35,518 nucleotides of DNA from Candidatus Aenigmatarchaeota archaeon (GCA_043799675.1 JAZDNN010000009.1:1-35518); one strand, 5' to 3'; numbered from the stretch's first letter, positions 9,508 to 17,721 are shown. Made by a program: numbers and translations. Notes: generated from the letters alone by a model not told the origin.

Positions 9508-9566
9508 ATTACAGTATTCTCGAATATAAGCTTACTACAGGTACGCTCTAACATCTATTACAAGGA

Positions 9567-9663
9567 TGGAGCCTCGGGGGGGAATCGAACCCCCGACCTT
9601 GTCCTTACCAAGGATTAGCGGGCTGCACTGAGCCTCACGCTCTACCGACTGAGCCACCGAGGC
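9567..9663 (-). tRNA. tRNA-Thr(GGT) with a 21-nt non-canonical intron at 28/29 (9615-9635)
   Basis: GCCTCGG acceptor, GCTC/GAGC D-stem, anticodon stem TG|TCC/GGACA, loop TTGGTAA, T-arm GGGGG-TTCGATT-CCCCC, encoded CCA; BHB AGCG/CGCT with TGA and AAT bulges and inner helix GGCT/AGCC; TTTTTAAG upstream. Confidence 0.93.
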
Positions 9664-9741
9664 AAAGACAGATGGTCTCCGCTCTTAAAAAGGATTCCGC
9701 AAAGAGGAAGCAATTTATCCTTGTGAAAGCGTTGTTGATGA

Positions 9742-11106
9742 ATGGTATCATCAAACGTGCATTACATCGACCAGCGGAAGGCGATGGAAGGATTGAGCGA
9801 GCTTGGTGCCTGCAAGACCAGATTATACGAGGGCGGATGGGGAAGGGTTACCGTGGAATATCGCGGCAAAGTGTCGATGGATGATGTGCTAAGAGTGATG
9901 GAATACACCGAAAAGTTTCCAGGCAACGGTACGGGAGGAAAACTCACCGGAACAAAAAAGTCCGGCTACCACCTTATCATGGACGGGGACGGAATAATGC
10001 TGTCGTTTTCCAGAAAGACCGATAATAAACGTGATATAGGAGCGTATTTCGAAAACAACCCCGAAATGCGGGTCACCATAACTGCCGACAAAACCGGTGT
10101 CTATCCGCAACGAATAGGTCATGCTTGGGGTATCTGGCAGATGCTGGAAACGAAGAAAAGCCTGACCGCAAAAGACGCAATCTACCAGTTCTGCAAATCT
10201 CTCGTCCGCCGGGAGCTCCACGACATCAACAAAAGCGACATAGGCGGGCTCGACAGGGAGTTTGAGGAAATAATGTCCTCGACGGACATGCAATTATTCA
10301 ATCCGGCCGCATGCAGATATTTTGGCCTTGAAAAGACGAACGGCATCCTGCTGGTCGGTCCCCCGGGAAACGGTAAAAGCATCATGATGGCGGCAATAGC
10401 CAAGGAAACCGAAGCGAACGTCCTGCTCCTCGACCCGAACGATGTGGCAAGCTATTTTCACAATGAAACCGAGGCAAACATACACAAGCTGTTCATCGAG
10501 GCCGAACAGATGTCGAAGGACACCGACAGACCCGTGATAATGATGTGCGACGAGGCAGAGAGGCTCATGTACGACAGGGCAAAGACCAACCAATGGGACC
10601 TGCTGGTGACAAACGCCATGCTTCGCGAGTTTTCCTCGCTGGGGACGGACAAGAACATAACGTTCCTCGGAGCCACGAACATGCCGTGGGAGATAGACCC
10701 GGCATTCTACCGACAAGGAAGGATAGAGAAAGTCATATATGTGCCATCGCCCGGCAACGATGCCAAAAAGGCGATACTGAAGGCACAGACCAGGGCGATG
10801 CCGATAAAGGACGTCAACCTGGATGAGATTGCCGACAGGACCGACGGATGGTCCGGGGCCGACCTGAAAAGCCTGTGCAACCAGGCGGCAAAATTCGCCG
10901 TAGAGAGAATCGCGGGCGACAGGAAAAAATTCCGGAAACTTGACGTGAACGAACTGATAAGGAACAATGAAGGGGTAATGCAACAGGACTTCGACAAGGC
11001 GCGCCCGATTGTCAAGGTGAACGAGCAGCAGCAGAAAGAATGGGAAAAGAATTACGATATGTGGAAAGGAAAGGGAATCAAACCGCCGGAAAATCTGTAC
11101 CGTTAA
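9742..11106 (+). CDS. AAA ATPase (single classical AAA module, CDC48/PAN-like) with an unrecognised N-terminal domain of about 170 aa
   Basis: GPPGNGKS, MMCDEAE, ATNMPWEIDPAFYRQGR, TDGWSGADL. Confidence 0.88.
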   Translation: MVSSNVHYIDQRKAMEGLSELGACKTRLYEGGWGRVTVEYRGKVSMDDVLRVMEYTEKFPGNGTGGKLTGTKKSGYHLIMDGDGIMLSFSRKTDNKRDIGAYFENNPEMRVTITADKTGVYPQRIGHAWGIWQMLETKKSLTAKDAIYQFCKSLVRRELHDINKSDIGGLDREFEEIMSSTDMQLFNPAACRYFGLEKTNGILLVGPPGNGKSIMMAAIAKETEANVLLLDPNDVASYFHNETEANIHKLFIEAEQMSKDTDRPVIMMCDEAERLMYDRAKTNQWDLLVTNAMLREFSSLGTDKNITFLGATNMPWEIDPAFYRQGRIEKVIYVPSPGNDAKKAILKAQTRAMPIKDVNLDEIADRTDGWSGADLKSLCNQAAKFAVERIAGDRKKFRKLDVNELIRNNEGVMQQDFDKARPIVKVNEQQQKEWEKNYDMWKGKGIKPPENLYR

Positions 11107-11921
11107 ATTGAGGAAAGTACAGAGCGCACCGATTCCGCCGCCCTGTCCATGACGGCCTTCTGCTCCTTGGTCAGATTGACCTTCTCAATCCTTTCCATAC
11201 CGTTTTTCCCGACAACGCAGGGAACGCTCAGGGCGACATCGGAATAACCGAACTCGCCGTGCAGCGAGCAGGACAACGGAATCAAGGCCTTCTCATCGTT
11301 GACTATGGCGGCGACGACCCTCCTGACTATGGAGGCAACGGTGAACCATGTTCCGCCCTTGAGTTTGACCACATCCAGACCGGCCTGCTTCACCTGTGCG
11401 TCATCGAACTCCTCGTTCCCTATGGCAAGCATGTTTTTGCCGTGCTCACCGATTATATATCCGGGACCCTCCATGCGACTCATGTCGGTCAAGGTGGATA
11501 TTCCAAGTACGCGATGACGGTCCCTTATCAAATTGACCGCAAACTGGGTCATCACATCGACAGGATTGGTGATTATCACGAAAACCGAACGGCCGTCGTC
11601 AAGCCTGCCCAGCGTATCCTTCAGTATTTTCCCGTTCTCCCTGGCAAGCGAATTCCTGTCCATCGTTCCGGCCTTGCTCAGCGGCAGGCCTGCTACAAAA
11701 ACAATCACATCGGCCCCACGGCACTCCTCAAGGCTCGCTTCTTTGACGTGCAAACGCTTGCCCAGCGCCCTTGCGGCATGCTGAAGGTCCATGACCTCGC
11801 CCTTAACGCCGTCAACGATATCGTAGAGCTGCAGTCTTTCAATCGGTATTGTGCTGGATGCCAGGGCATAGGCTATCTGGGAACCCACCCTTCCCGCACC
11901 GCCTATCACCGCTATCCGCAT
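11103..11921 (-). CDS. Short LDH/MDH-family 2-hydroxyacid dehydrogenase
   Basis: IAVIGGAGRVG, ITNPVD, DMSR, IGEHG, SVPCVVGKNG; start at MRIAVIG. Confidence 0.85.
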   Translation of the reverse strand: MRIAVIGGAGRVGSQIAYALASSTIPIERLQLYDIVDGVKGEVMDLQHAARALGKRLHVKEASLEECRGADVIVFVAGLPLSKAGTMDRNSLARENGKILKDTLGRLDDGRSVFVIITNPVDVMTQFAVNLIRDRHRVLGISTLTDMSRMEGPGYIIGEHGKNMLAIGNEEFDDAQVKQAGLDVVKLKGGTWFTVASIVRRVVAAIVNDEKALIPLSCSLHGEFGYSDVALSVPCVVGKNGMERIEKVNLTKEQKAVMDRAAESVRSVLSSI

Positions 11922-11970
11922 GGCCAGAATGGCAATCATGCATTTTAAAAGCTGCCGCACAATCCGTTGT

Positions 11971-12885
11971 ATGCGTGCCTTTCTCGCGGTGCTAGGGATA
12001 ATCGTTGTTTCAGGTTGCATAGCGCAAGATGCATGGACAGGCAACGGCAATTACATCCCGACCGTGCACCCGTCGGAAGGCGTCCATGCGAACGTATCAA
12101 GCGGGATGCTTTTCCCCAACCTCCGATGGATGCTGCCGATAAAATACTACCTCAATCTCAGCGAAGCCGGCGTATTTGACGAGGAAAATTTCATCATATC
12201 CGTGCAGATGTGGGAAAACTGGACGGACGGTACCGTAACCTTTGCGAGGGCCTACAGTCCGGAAGAAGCGGGCGTGTACGTGCACTGGAAAAGGACCACG
12301 GACACGACCGAACCCGGAACGGTAAACCTGGGAATGGCCGGTCCGAACAGGGTGGTCGATACGAGCCTTTACAACTTCTCCAGCCACGCGGACCTGCTGC
12401 TGGCTCCCAACTACCTCAGCACCTGCCCGCGGTACCTCGTGATAGCGCATGAGATAGGGCACGTTCTGGGACTGAGTCACTCCAATGACTCGGACAGCCT
12501 GATGTACCCTATGCTTTACTGCTGGCAAAAACTTACGGAAACGGACAAGGAAAAACTCAAGACAATCTACTCGACCGAGGAGCTTCCTGACCTGGAGTTC
12601 CGGAACGTCAGCGCGAGCAGATCGGACAACACGCTCGAAGTGTATTTCGAGCTCCATAACCGCGGAATCATGGATTCCCCAAACACCGCCGTACAATTGT
12701 CGGACGGGAACAAAATCCTGTGGGAGGCCGAAATCGCCCCCATCAACCCTATACGCTTCGGCTGGTGGCGCGTCACGGTGCCAGGAGCCTTCCCAAAAAC
12801 GCTTGTGCTGAAAGTGGACCCGGACAACACCTTCCGTGAACTGGACAAAGGAAACAACATGTTCACCCTCGGTGCAAACGGTTAA
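11971..12885 (+). CDS. Lipoprotein-anchored matrixin (M10/metzincin) metalloprotease with a C-terminal CARDB-like domain
   Basis: Signal ...IVVSGC, HEIGHVLGLSH, Met-turn SLMYP, LPDL...VDPDN.FRELDKGNN. Confidence 0.88.
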   Translation: MRAFLAVLGIIVVSGCIAQDAWTGNGNYIPTVHPSEGVHANVSSGMLFPNLRWMLPIKYYLNLSEAGVFDEENFIISVQMWENWTDGTVTFARAYSPEEAGVYVHWKRTTDTTEPGTVNLGMAGPNRVVDTSLYNFSSHADLLLAPNYLSTCPRYLVIAHEIGHVLGLSHSNDSDSLMYPMLYCWQKLTETDKEKLKTIYSTEELPDLEFRNVSASRSDNTLEVYFELHNRGIMDSPNTAVQLSDGNKILWEAEIAPINPIRFGWWRVTVPGAFPKTLVLKVDPDNTFRELDKGNNMFTLGANG

Positions 12886-12909
12886 ATATCAGAATGGACA
12901 GCTCGGTGC

Positions 12910-13194
12910 ATGGTAACACAGGTGCATGCGGCGCACATATTGGTGAAGACGGAGCAGGAAGCAAAGCAGCTCCTTGAGGAAATCAGGAGCGGCAAGATGG
13001 ACTTCGGAAAGGCGGCCCAACTGAAATCGATATGCCCGTCCGGAAAGAAAGACGGTGACCTTGGCTGGTTCGGCCATGGTGCCATGGTAAGGGAATTCGA
13101 ACAGGCGGCATTCAACACCCCGAAGGGCCAGATAGCGGGGCCGTTCAAGACCCAGTTCGGCTGGCACATCCTGAAGGTCCTGGAGACCCGTTGA
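12910..13194 (+). CDS. ppiC: Parvulin-type peptidyl-prolyl cis-trans isomerase
   Basis: AAHILVK, SICPSGKKDGDLGWF, MVREFEQAAF, KTQFGWHI. Confidence 0.95.
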   Translation: MVTQVHAAHILVKTEQEAKQLLEEIRSGKMDFGKAAQLKSICPSGKKDGDLGWFGHGAMVREFEQAAFNTPKGQIAGPFKTQFGWHILKVLETR

Positions 13195-13219
13195 GCCGGC
13201 CTTAAACCCAAGAAAGCGC

Positions 13220-14014
13220 CTAACTGACGGTGATGAAACTCTCCGGGCTGAAATATTCGACTCCGGCAACGGTCGCCCTGAGACGGATATACACGGTCTT
13301 GCTGCCGGCGGAAGGAGCCACCATGCTTATGGCAAACTTCTGCGGACATATGCCCGCCTGGGTCTCCGTACCGGACGTGTATTGCCCGGGAGAAGTCCCC
13401 CAATCGACGGAAGTGTAATCAATTTCAGCAGCAGAGCAACCGCCCACTTTCCATTCGACCGTGAAGGCAGAATCCGGAGAAACGCGGGACGGCGCAGAAA
13501 TCAGCATCACCGCCGGTTCATTAGACTCTTCCGTTCCCACATACTCCTCGTTTGACCAGTAACCTATCCCGTTGACCACGCAATACGTCCTGAAGTATGT
13601 TTTTTCGCTTTCAGGCATCGATATCACATCGGCATTGAAATCAGCAGGAACCGAACCGGACTGTGCAGCAGTGACGCTCCTGTAGCCGGAATCATCGGTA
13701 TCGGATCCGGGCTGGAAGTTTCCCGGATGCGAAACAGCGTCATAGAAAACACGGGTATCGTTCGTGGAAGAGCCCAACGGACCCTTGACCCGCCAACCGA
13801 CATTGAACGTCTTTCCCTCCATCGCGCTGGAAGGTGCGGCTATTATAGAAACGGAAACCTGCGTCCCGGTCCCCGTTTGATTGGTCGGAACCTGGCCGCC
13901 CTGTCCGAACAGCCGCCCGACCAACGCCGGATTCTGAGCCAGATAATATCCGACGGCCAAGAATGCAATAATCAACAGAGTGATATACGTCGTTCGCATG
14001 AGAGGTGTTATCAA
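13220..14014 (-). CDS. Membrane-anchored/secreted protein with two tandem beta-rich (Ig-like) repeats
   Basis: N-terminal TM helix, Thr/Gly linker; repeats VSIIAAPSS..TFNVGWRVKG...YFRTYCVVNGIGYWSNE and VMLISAPSR..AFTVEWKVGG...YIRLRATVAGVEYFSPE. Confidence 0.75.
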   Translation of the reverse strand: MITPLMRTTYITLLIIAFLAVGYYLAQNPALVGRLFGQGGQVPTNQTGTGTQVSVSIIAAPSSAMEGKTFNVGWRVKGPLGSSTNDTRVFYDAVSHPGNFQPGSDTDDSGYRSVTAAQSGSVPADFNADVISMPESEKTYFRTYCVVNGIGYWSNEEYVGTEESNEPAVMLISAPSRVSPDSAFTVEWKVGGCSAAEIDYTSVDWGTSPGQYTSGTETQAGICPQKFAISMVAPSAGSKTVYIRLRATVAGVEYFSPESFITVS

Positions 14015-14032
14015 AACCCGTACTTATAGCTT

Positions 14033-14656
14033 CTACCTGACATCGACCAGCTCGGCCTTCCTGACCGCGTTCCTGACAAGCCCTTCAACATTTATCGCTT
14101 CCTCCATCTTTCCTATGAACTCCGGCTCCGCACGGGTTTCCGGCCGCTCGGCGATCATGAACGTGCAACAATCCGAGTAAGGGAGGATGCTGAGCTCAAA
14201 CGTCCCTATTTTCTTTGCCGTATTGACGGTCTCGTTCTTCTCAGCCCCCAGAAGTGGCCGCAATATTTTCATCGTGGTCGCCCTGCCTATCACGTACATG
14301 TTTTCCAGCGTCTGGCTGGCGACCTGGGCAAGATTGTCGCCGGTGACAAGGGCCGCCGCCTTTTCCCTCTTCGCTATCTTTGCAGCTATCCTGAGCATGA
14401 ACCGGCGATATACTATCATCCTGTACTTGGCGGGGACGTATTTCACAACCTCGGTCTGCGTCTCGGCAAAAGGCACCATGTACAGCCTGCCTCCGCCAAG
14501 CACCTTCACCAAGTCGATTATCTTCCGGCGCACACCTGCCTGCTGCGGGGTGTAATTGTGGAAATGGACGAACTCCACCTTATGTCCCAGGTTCTTCATC
14601 CGCCAGGCCGCGACCGGGCTGTCTATGCCGCCGGAGAGCAAGGCAAGAAGCTTCAT
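14033..14656 (-). CDS. thiI: ThiI-type tRNA sulfurtransferase, catalytic PP-loop domain only
   Basis: LLSGGIDSPVA, YRRFMLRIA, TGDNLAQVASQTLEN, LRPL, PYSDCC; start at MKLLALL. Confidence 0.82.
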   Translation of the reverse strand: MKLLALLSGGIDSPVAAWRMKNLGHKVEFVHFHNYTPQQAGVRRKIIDLVKVLGGGRLYMVPFAETQTEVVKYVPAKYRMIVYRRFMLRIAAKIAKREKAAALVTGDNLAQVASQTLENMYVIGRATTMKILRPLLGAEKNETVNTAKKIGTFELSILPYSDCCTFMIAERPETRAEPEFIGKMEEAINVEGLVRNAVRKAELVDVR

Positions 14657-14706
14657 GGAACAGATTTCCTCGCAGCCTTTATATCCACGACAACAAAATA
14701 GTCGGC

Positions 14707-14883
14707 ATGGGGCTGAACTACGCAATCCTCATGACCATGCAGGTCATCACGGTAATGATACTCATCTTTGGCGGCTATGCCTCCCACAACAACTGGATGT
14801 ATCTGTTCGCTGTGCTTGTGGTAGTGGCGATGGTCGGGAGCGCGCGCCTGATGGGATACGTAAGGTCTTCAACGAACGGTTAG
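14707..14883 (+). CDS. Small two-TM membrane protein (58 aa, not in the ORF track)
   Basis: MGLNYAILMTMQVITVMILIFGGYASHNNWMYLFAVLVVVAMVGSARLMGYVRSSTNG; TTTATAT at 14678-14684. Confidence 0.6.
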   Translation: MGLNYAILMTMQVITVMILIFGGYASHNNWMYLFAVLVVVAMVGSARLMGYVRSSTNG

Positions 14884-15927
14884 CTTCGACACCCGCAGAC
14901 CTATCAGCCGTATTTTTCGCGAATCTTCCAAGAAAGGTTTTAACAGCTCCTTTGCCGTCTCCAACGCGACCGCAATATCGTCGGTAGGGGCATCAACCGT
15001 CCTGCTCTTGTCGTGAGTATCGAAATTCTCAAAACGTATTACAAGCGTAACCGTTCTGTAAAGGTAACGGCCTTCATCGAGCTGTTCCTTTACCTCCTTG
15101 GCCATGCCTTCCAGCGTCCTGTGAAGGAGCGCGCGGTCCCTCGTATCCTTCTCAAACGTGACGTGTCTCCCCATGCTCTTCGGTTCCCACTTTTCAACCA
15201 GCGGGCTGTCATCAATCCCGCGCGCGGACTCCCACATCGTCGCGCCGAACTTGCCGAACATTTCCGTGAGCTGGTCCTTCCTCAGCTTGCGGAGCTTCCC
15301 TATCGTCGTTATCCCCATGCCTTTCAGAACATCATACGTCTTCGGACCGATTCCCGGCAGTTCCCTGGGTTCGAGAGGCCGCAGGAAAGCCAGCACATCA
15401 TCAGGTCTCACGAGGGTCAGGCCGTCAGGTTTCCTGAAATCGCTCGCAATCTTCGCGACCAGCTTGTTTGGAGCAATCCCTATGCTGCAGGTGAGCCTTT
15501 CCTTTTCCCGGATTTCCTTCTTTATTTTCTCGGCGATATCCAACGCCTTTTCCCAGCTGCCCGCCTTCTTGCTGACTTCTATATACCCCTCGTCTATTCC
15601 GGCGGGCTCGAATGCATCCCCAAATCCGCGGAGGATTTCCATGATGCTGGCTGAGATGCGGAGATAGAGCTCGAAATTGACGGGCAGATAAATGCACGGC
15701 CCGGCCGGGGGGCCCGGACACAGCTTCCAGGCGCGCGATATGGGCATCCCGGAACGGATGCCGTATTTTCTTGCCGCATAACTTGCAGTGCTTACCACTC
15801 CCCTTCCGCTGCCGCCCTTCGGGTCGGCACCTACCACAAGAGGCTTTCCCTTAAGCTCCGGTCTCTCCCTCTCCTCAGCCGAAGCGAAAAAGGCGTTCAG
15901 GTCCATGTGCATGACGATGCGGGGCAT
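14869..15927 (-). CDS. dinB: DNA polymerase IV (Y family)
   Basis: HMDLNAFFAS, TASYAARKYGIRSGMP, GIDEGY, AKIASDFRKPDG; start 15927 or 15936; the longer ORF extension runs into tRNA-Arg. Confidence 0.95.
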   Translation of the reverse strand: MPRIVMHMDLNAFFASAEERERPELKGKPLVVGADPKGGSGRGVVSTASYAARKYGIRSGMPISRAWKLCPGPPAGPCIYLPVNFELYLRISASIMEILRGFGDAFEPAGIDEGYIEVSKKAGSWEKALDIAEKIKKEIREKERLTCSIGIAPNKLVAKIASDFRKPDGLTLVRPDDVLAFLRPLEPRELPGIGPKTYDVLKGMGITTIGKLRKLRKDQLTEMFGKFGATMWESARGIDDSPLVEKWEPKSMGRHVTFEKDTRDRALLHRTLEGMAKEVKEQLDEGRYLYRTVTLVIRFENFDTHDKSRTVDAPTDDIAVALETAKELLKPFLEDSRKIRLIGLRVSKLTVR

Positions 15928-15956
15928 ACTATCCATTCGGAACGGCGAAATAAAGC

Positions 15957-16087
15957 TGGCGGACGCGCCGCGAACTTCGAGCACAAACAGCCTTCGGCTG
16001 TCAATGTATTCGAACGCGGGTCTAAGGCTCTCTCCTTGATTTCGATATTCGGAGGCCCCAATTCTATCCAAGCTAAACTACGCGTCC
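15957..16087 (-). tRNA. tRNA-Arg(CCG) with two introns: 19 nt at 37/38 (16030-16048) and 35 nt at 59/60 (15974-16008)
   Basis: GGACGCG/CGCGTCC acceptor, anticodon loop CT-CCG-A|A with BHB CTCC/GGAG; T-arm CCGCG-TTCGAA|T-CGCGG with BHB TTCG/CGAA; encoded CCA. Confidence 0.92.
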
Positions 16088-16139
16088 GCTTTTCACTAAG
16101 CCGCCTGAAGCTTAAAAGGAAGCCAAGCAAATTCTGCTC

Positions 16140-16709
16140 ATGATACCGAAAATCAACATCTACTATTCTTACATCTATGACCAAGCCGTCCATGTACTAT
16201 CGGGCAAGAAGTACAACAATAAATGTGTTGACGGCGGGCGCAAGTTCGTATGCAGGCTCAAAGGCAATTCGGCAAAGATACTGCCGAAGGCGCTCAAGGC
16301 CTATGAGGAGGTATCCGGCCTCCGATGGAAGGATCCTTGCATAGAGGTGTTTGCAGTACACGGTATTCCGTGGGACTTCAGCTGGCCGGTGACCATCAAG
16401 GTAAGGGAGAACGAGAAAGATGCGGTGGAGACCCTGATACACGAACTGGGACACCTGCTAACGTTCAGGAACGAGGAAAGAATCCGATGTAACAACCGTA
16501 TCTCAATCAAATACAGAAAGGAGAACCAGACGGTCAGGGAACACCTCCTCCTGCATGCGATGCTTTGGAAACTATATACAAAGCTTTTCGGCGAGCACGA
16601 GCTCCACAACATGATAATCGGCTATGAGAAATGGACGGACCATTACCGCGCCTGGCAGATAGTCAAGAAGGAAGGGGCGGACAATATAATCAAGGCTTAC
16701 ATACGCTAA
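16140..16709 (+). CDS. Hypothetical protein with a zincin-like HExxH motif
   Basis: ETLIHELGHL and a downstream REHLLLHA. Confidence 0.65.
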   Translation: MIPKINIYYSYIYDQAVHVLSGKKYNNKCVDGGRKFVCRLKGNSAKILPKALKAYEEVSGLRWKDPCIEVFAVHGIPWDFSWPVTIKVRENEKDAVETLIHELGHLLTFRNEERIRCNNRISIKYRKENQTVREHLLLHAMLWKLYTKLFGEHELHNMIIGYEKWTDHYRAWQIVKKEGADNIIKAYIR

Positions 16710-16737
16710 CTTAAAAGAAGCGCCGAGGAACCTTCAT

Positions 16738-16813
16738 GGGCTCGTAGTCTAGCTTGGTAGGATCCGAGGTTTGGGACCTTGAGACCGGTGTTCGAATCAC
16801 CGCGAGCCCACCA
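16738..16813 (+). tRNA. tRNA-Pro(TGG), intronless
   Basis: GGGCTCG/CGAGCCC acceptor, CGAGG-TTTGGGA-CCTTG, CGGTG-TTCGAAT-CACCG, ACCA. Confidence 0.96.
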
Positions 16814-16848
16814 CGAGAACTTTTAAACAGGCTTGCACAACCCGTTGT

Positions 16849-17697
16849 ATGGCAGTTGTCGGGCCTTCCATTCTGAAAGAGGCATATAAACCAAGACCGG
16901 AATGGGCGCACAAGGGGCAGTTCGGGAAGCTCCTGATGGTTGCGGGCTCCGAAAGGCATACGGGTTCCCCGGTTTTCTGCGGTCTGGCGGCGAGCAGGGC
17001 AGGCTGCGACCTTGTGTATCTGGCGTCCCCGAGACGGCCGGCCGACATTGCGGCACTTCATCCTTCAATCATAACCGAGCCGTTGGGCGGCTCGATGCTC
17101 AAGCTGGAGCACGTGCACCGCATCCTCGACCTTGCAAAAGAGGTAAGGGCGACGGCCATCCTGATAGGACCCGGGCTGTGGAGGGAAAACGAGACCTTCC
17201 AGGCGATACTCCAGATAATCGAGCAGACGGACCTTCCGATGGTCATAGACGCGGATGCCATCCGGGCGGTGGGAACGAATCCCATAGTGCTGGCTCACAA
17301 GAACATCGTCCTTACTCCGCACGCGGACGAGTTCAGGGCTCTCACCGGGAACACCCCGAGCCAGGAAATCAAGGAAAGGACCGAAAAAGTCAGGTTGGCT
17401 GCAAACGAGCTTGGGACGACCATATTGCTGAAAGGGGCGGTCGACATCATTTCCGACGGCGATTTTGTCGCGCTTAACAGGACGCACACGAACCTGATGA
17501 CCAAAGGCGGGATGGGAGACACGCTTGCCGGAATCTGCGGCGCTCTGCTGGCGCGCGGCATGGAACCTTACATGGCGGCGCAGGCGGCGGCCTACATCAA
17601 CGGAAAAGCGGGAATGCTGGCCGCAAGCGAGTTCGGCGAAGGGATGATGCCCAAGGACCTGATAGAACGCATACCGAAGGCAATCAAGAGCAAATAA
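16849..17697 (+). CDS. nnrD: ADP-dependent NAD(P)H-hydrate dehydratase (stand-alone)
   Basis: HKGQFGKL, IGPGL, VIDADA, LTPHADEF, LLKG, GGMGDTLAG. Confidence 0.93.
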   Translation: MAVVGPSILKEAYKPRPEWAHKGQFGKLLMVAGSERHTGSPVFCGLAASRAGCDLVYLASPRRPADIAALHPSIITEPLGGSMLKLEHVHRILDLAKEVRATAILIGPGLWRENETFQAILQIIEQTDLPMVIDADAIRAVGTNPIVLAHKNIVLTPHADEFRALTGNTPSQEIKERTEKVRLAANELGTTILLKGAVDIISDGDFVALNRTHTNLMTKGGMGDTLAGICGALLARGMEPYMAAQAAAYINGKAGMLAASEFGEGMMPKDLIERIPKAIKSK

Positions 17698-17721
17698 AAC
17701 GTCCGGATTCCAACTGCTGGC

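Noticed and set aside
9508..9566. tRNA-like words TCCTTGTAA and TAGAGCGT (minus strand) in the spacer before the LAGLIDADG ORF, as a possible 5' tRNA half
   Set aside because: They are in the wrong order, there is no acceptor 5' strand, and no anticodon stem pairs with the orphan 3' half; probably chance or heavily decayed.
8798..9600. Classical attL/attR of a provirus or integrative island
   Set aside because: The repeats are not identical, the enclosed DNA is only about 0.7 kb, and no integrase is present in the window.
15937..16071. N-terminal extension of DinB in the ORF track
   Set aside because: The region is the intron-containing tRNA-Arg(CCG).
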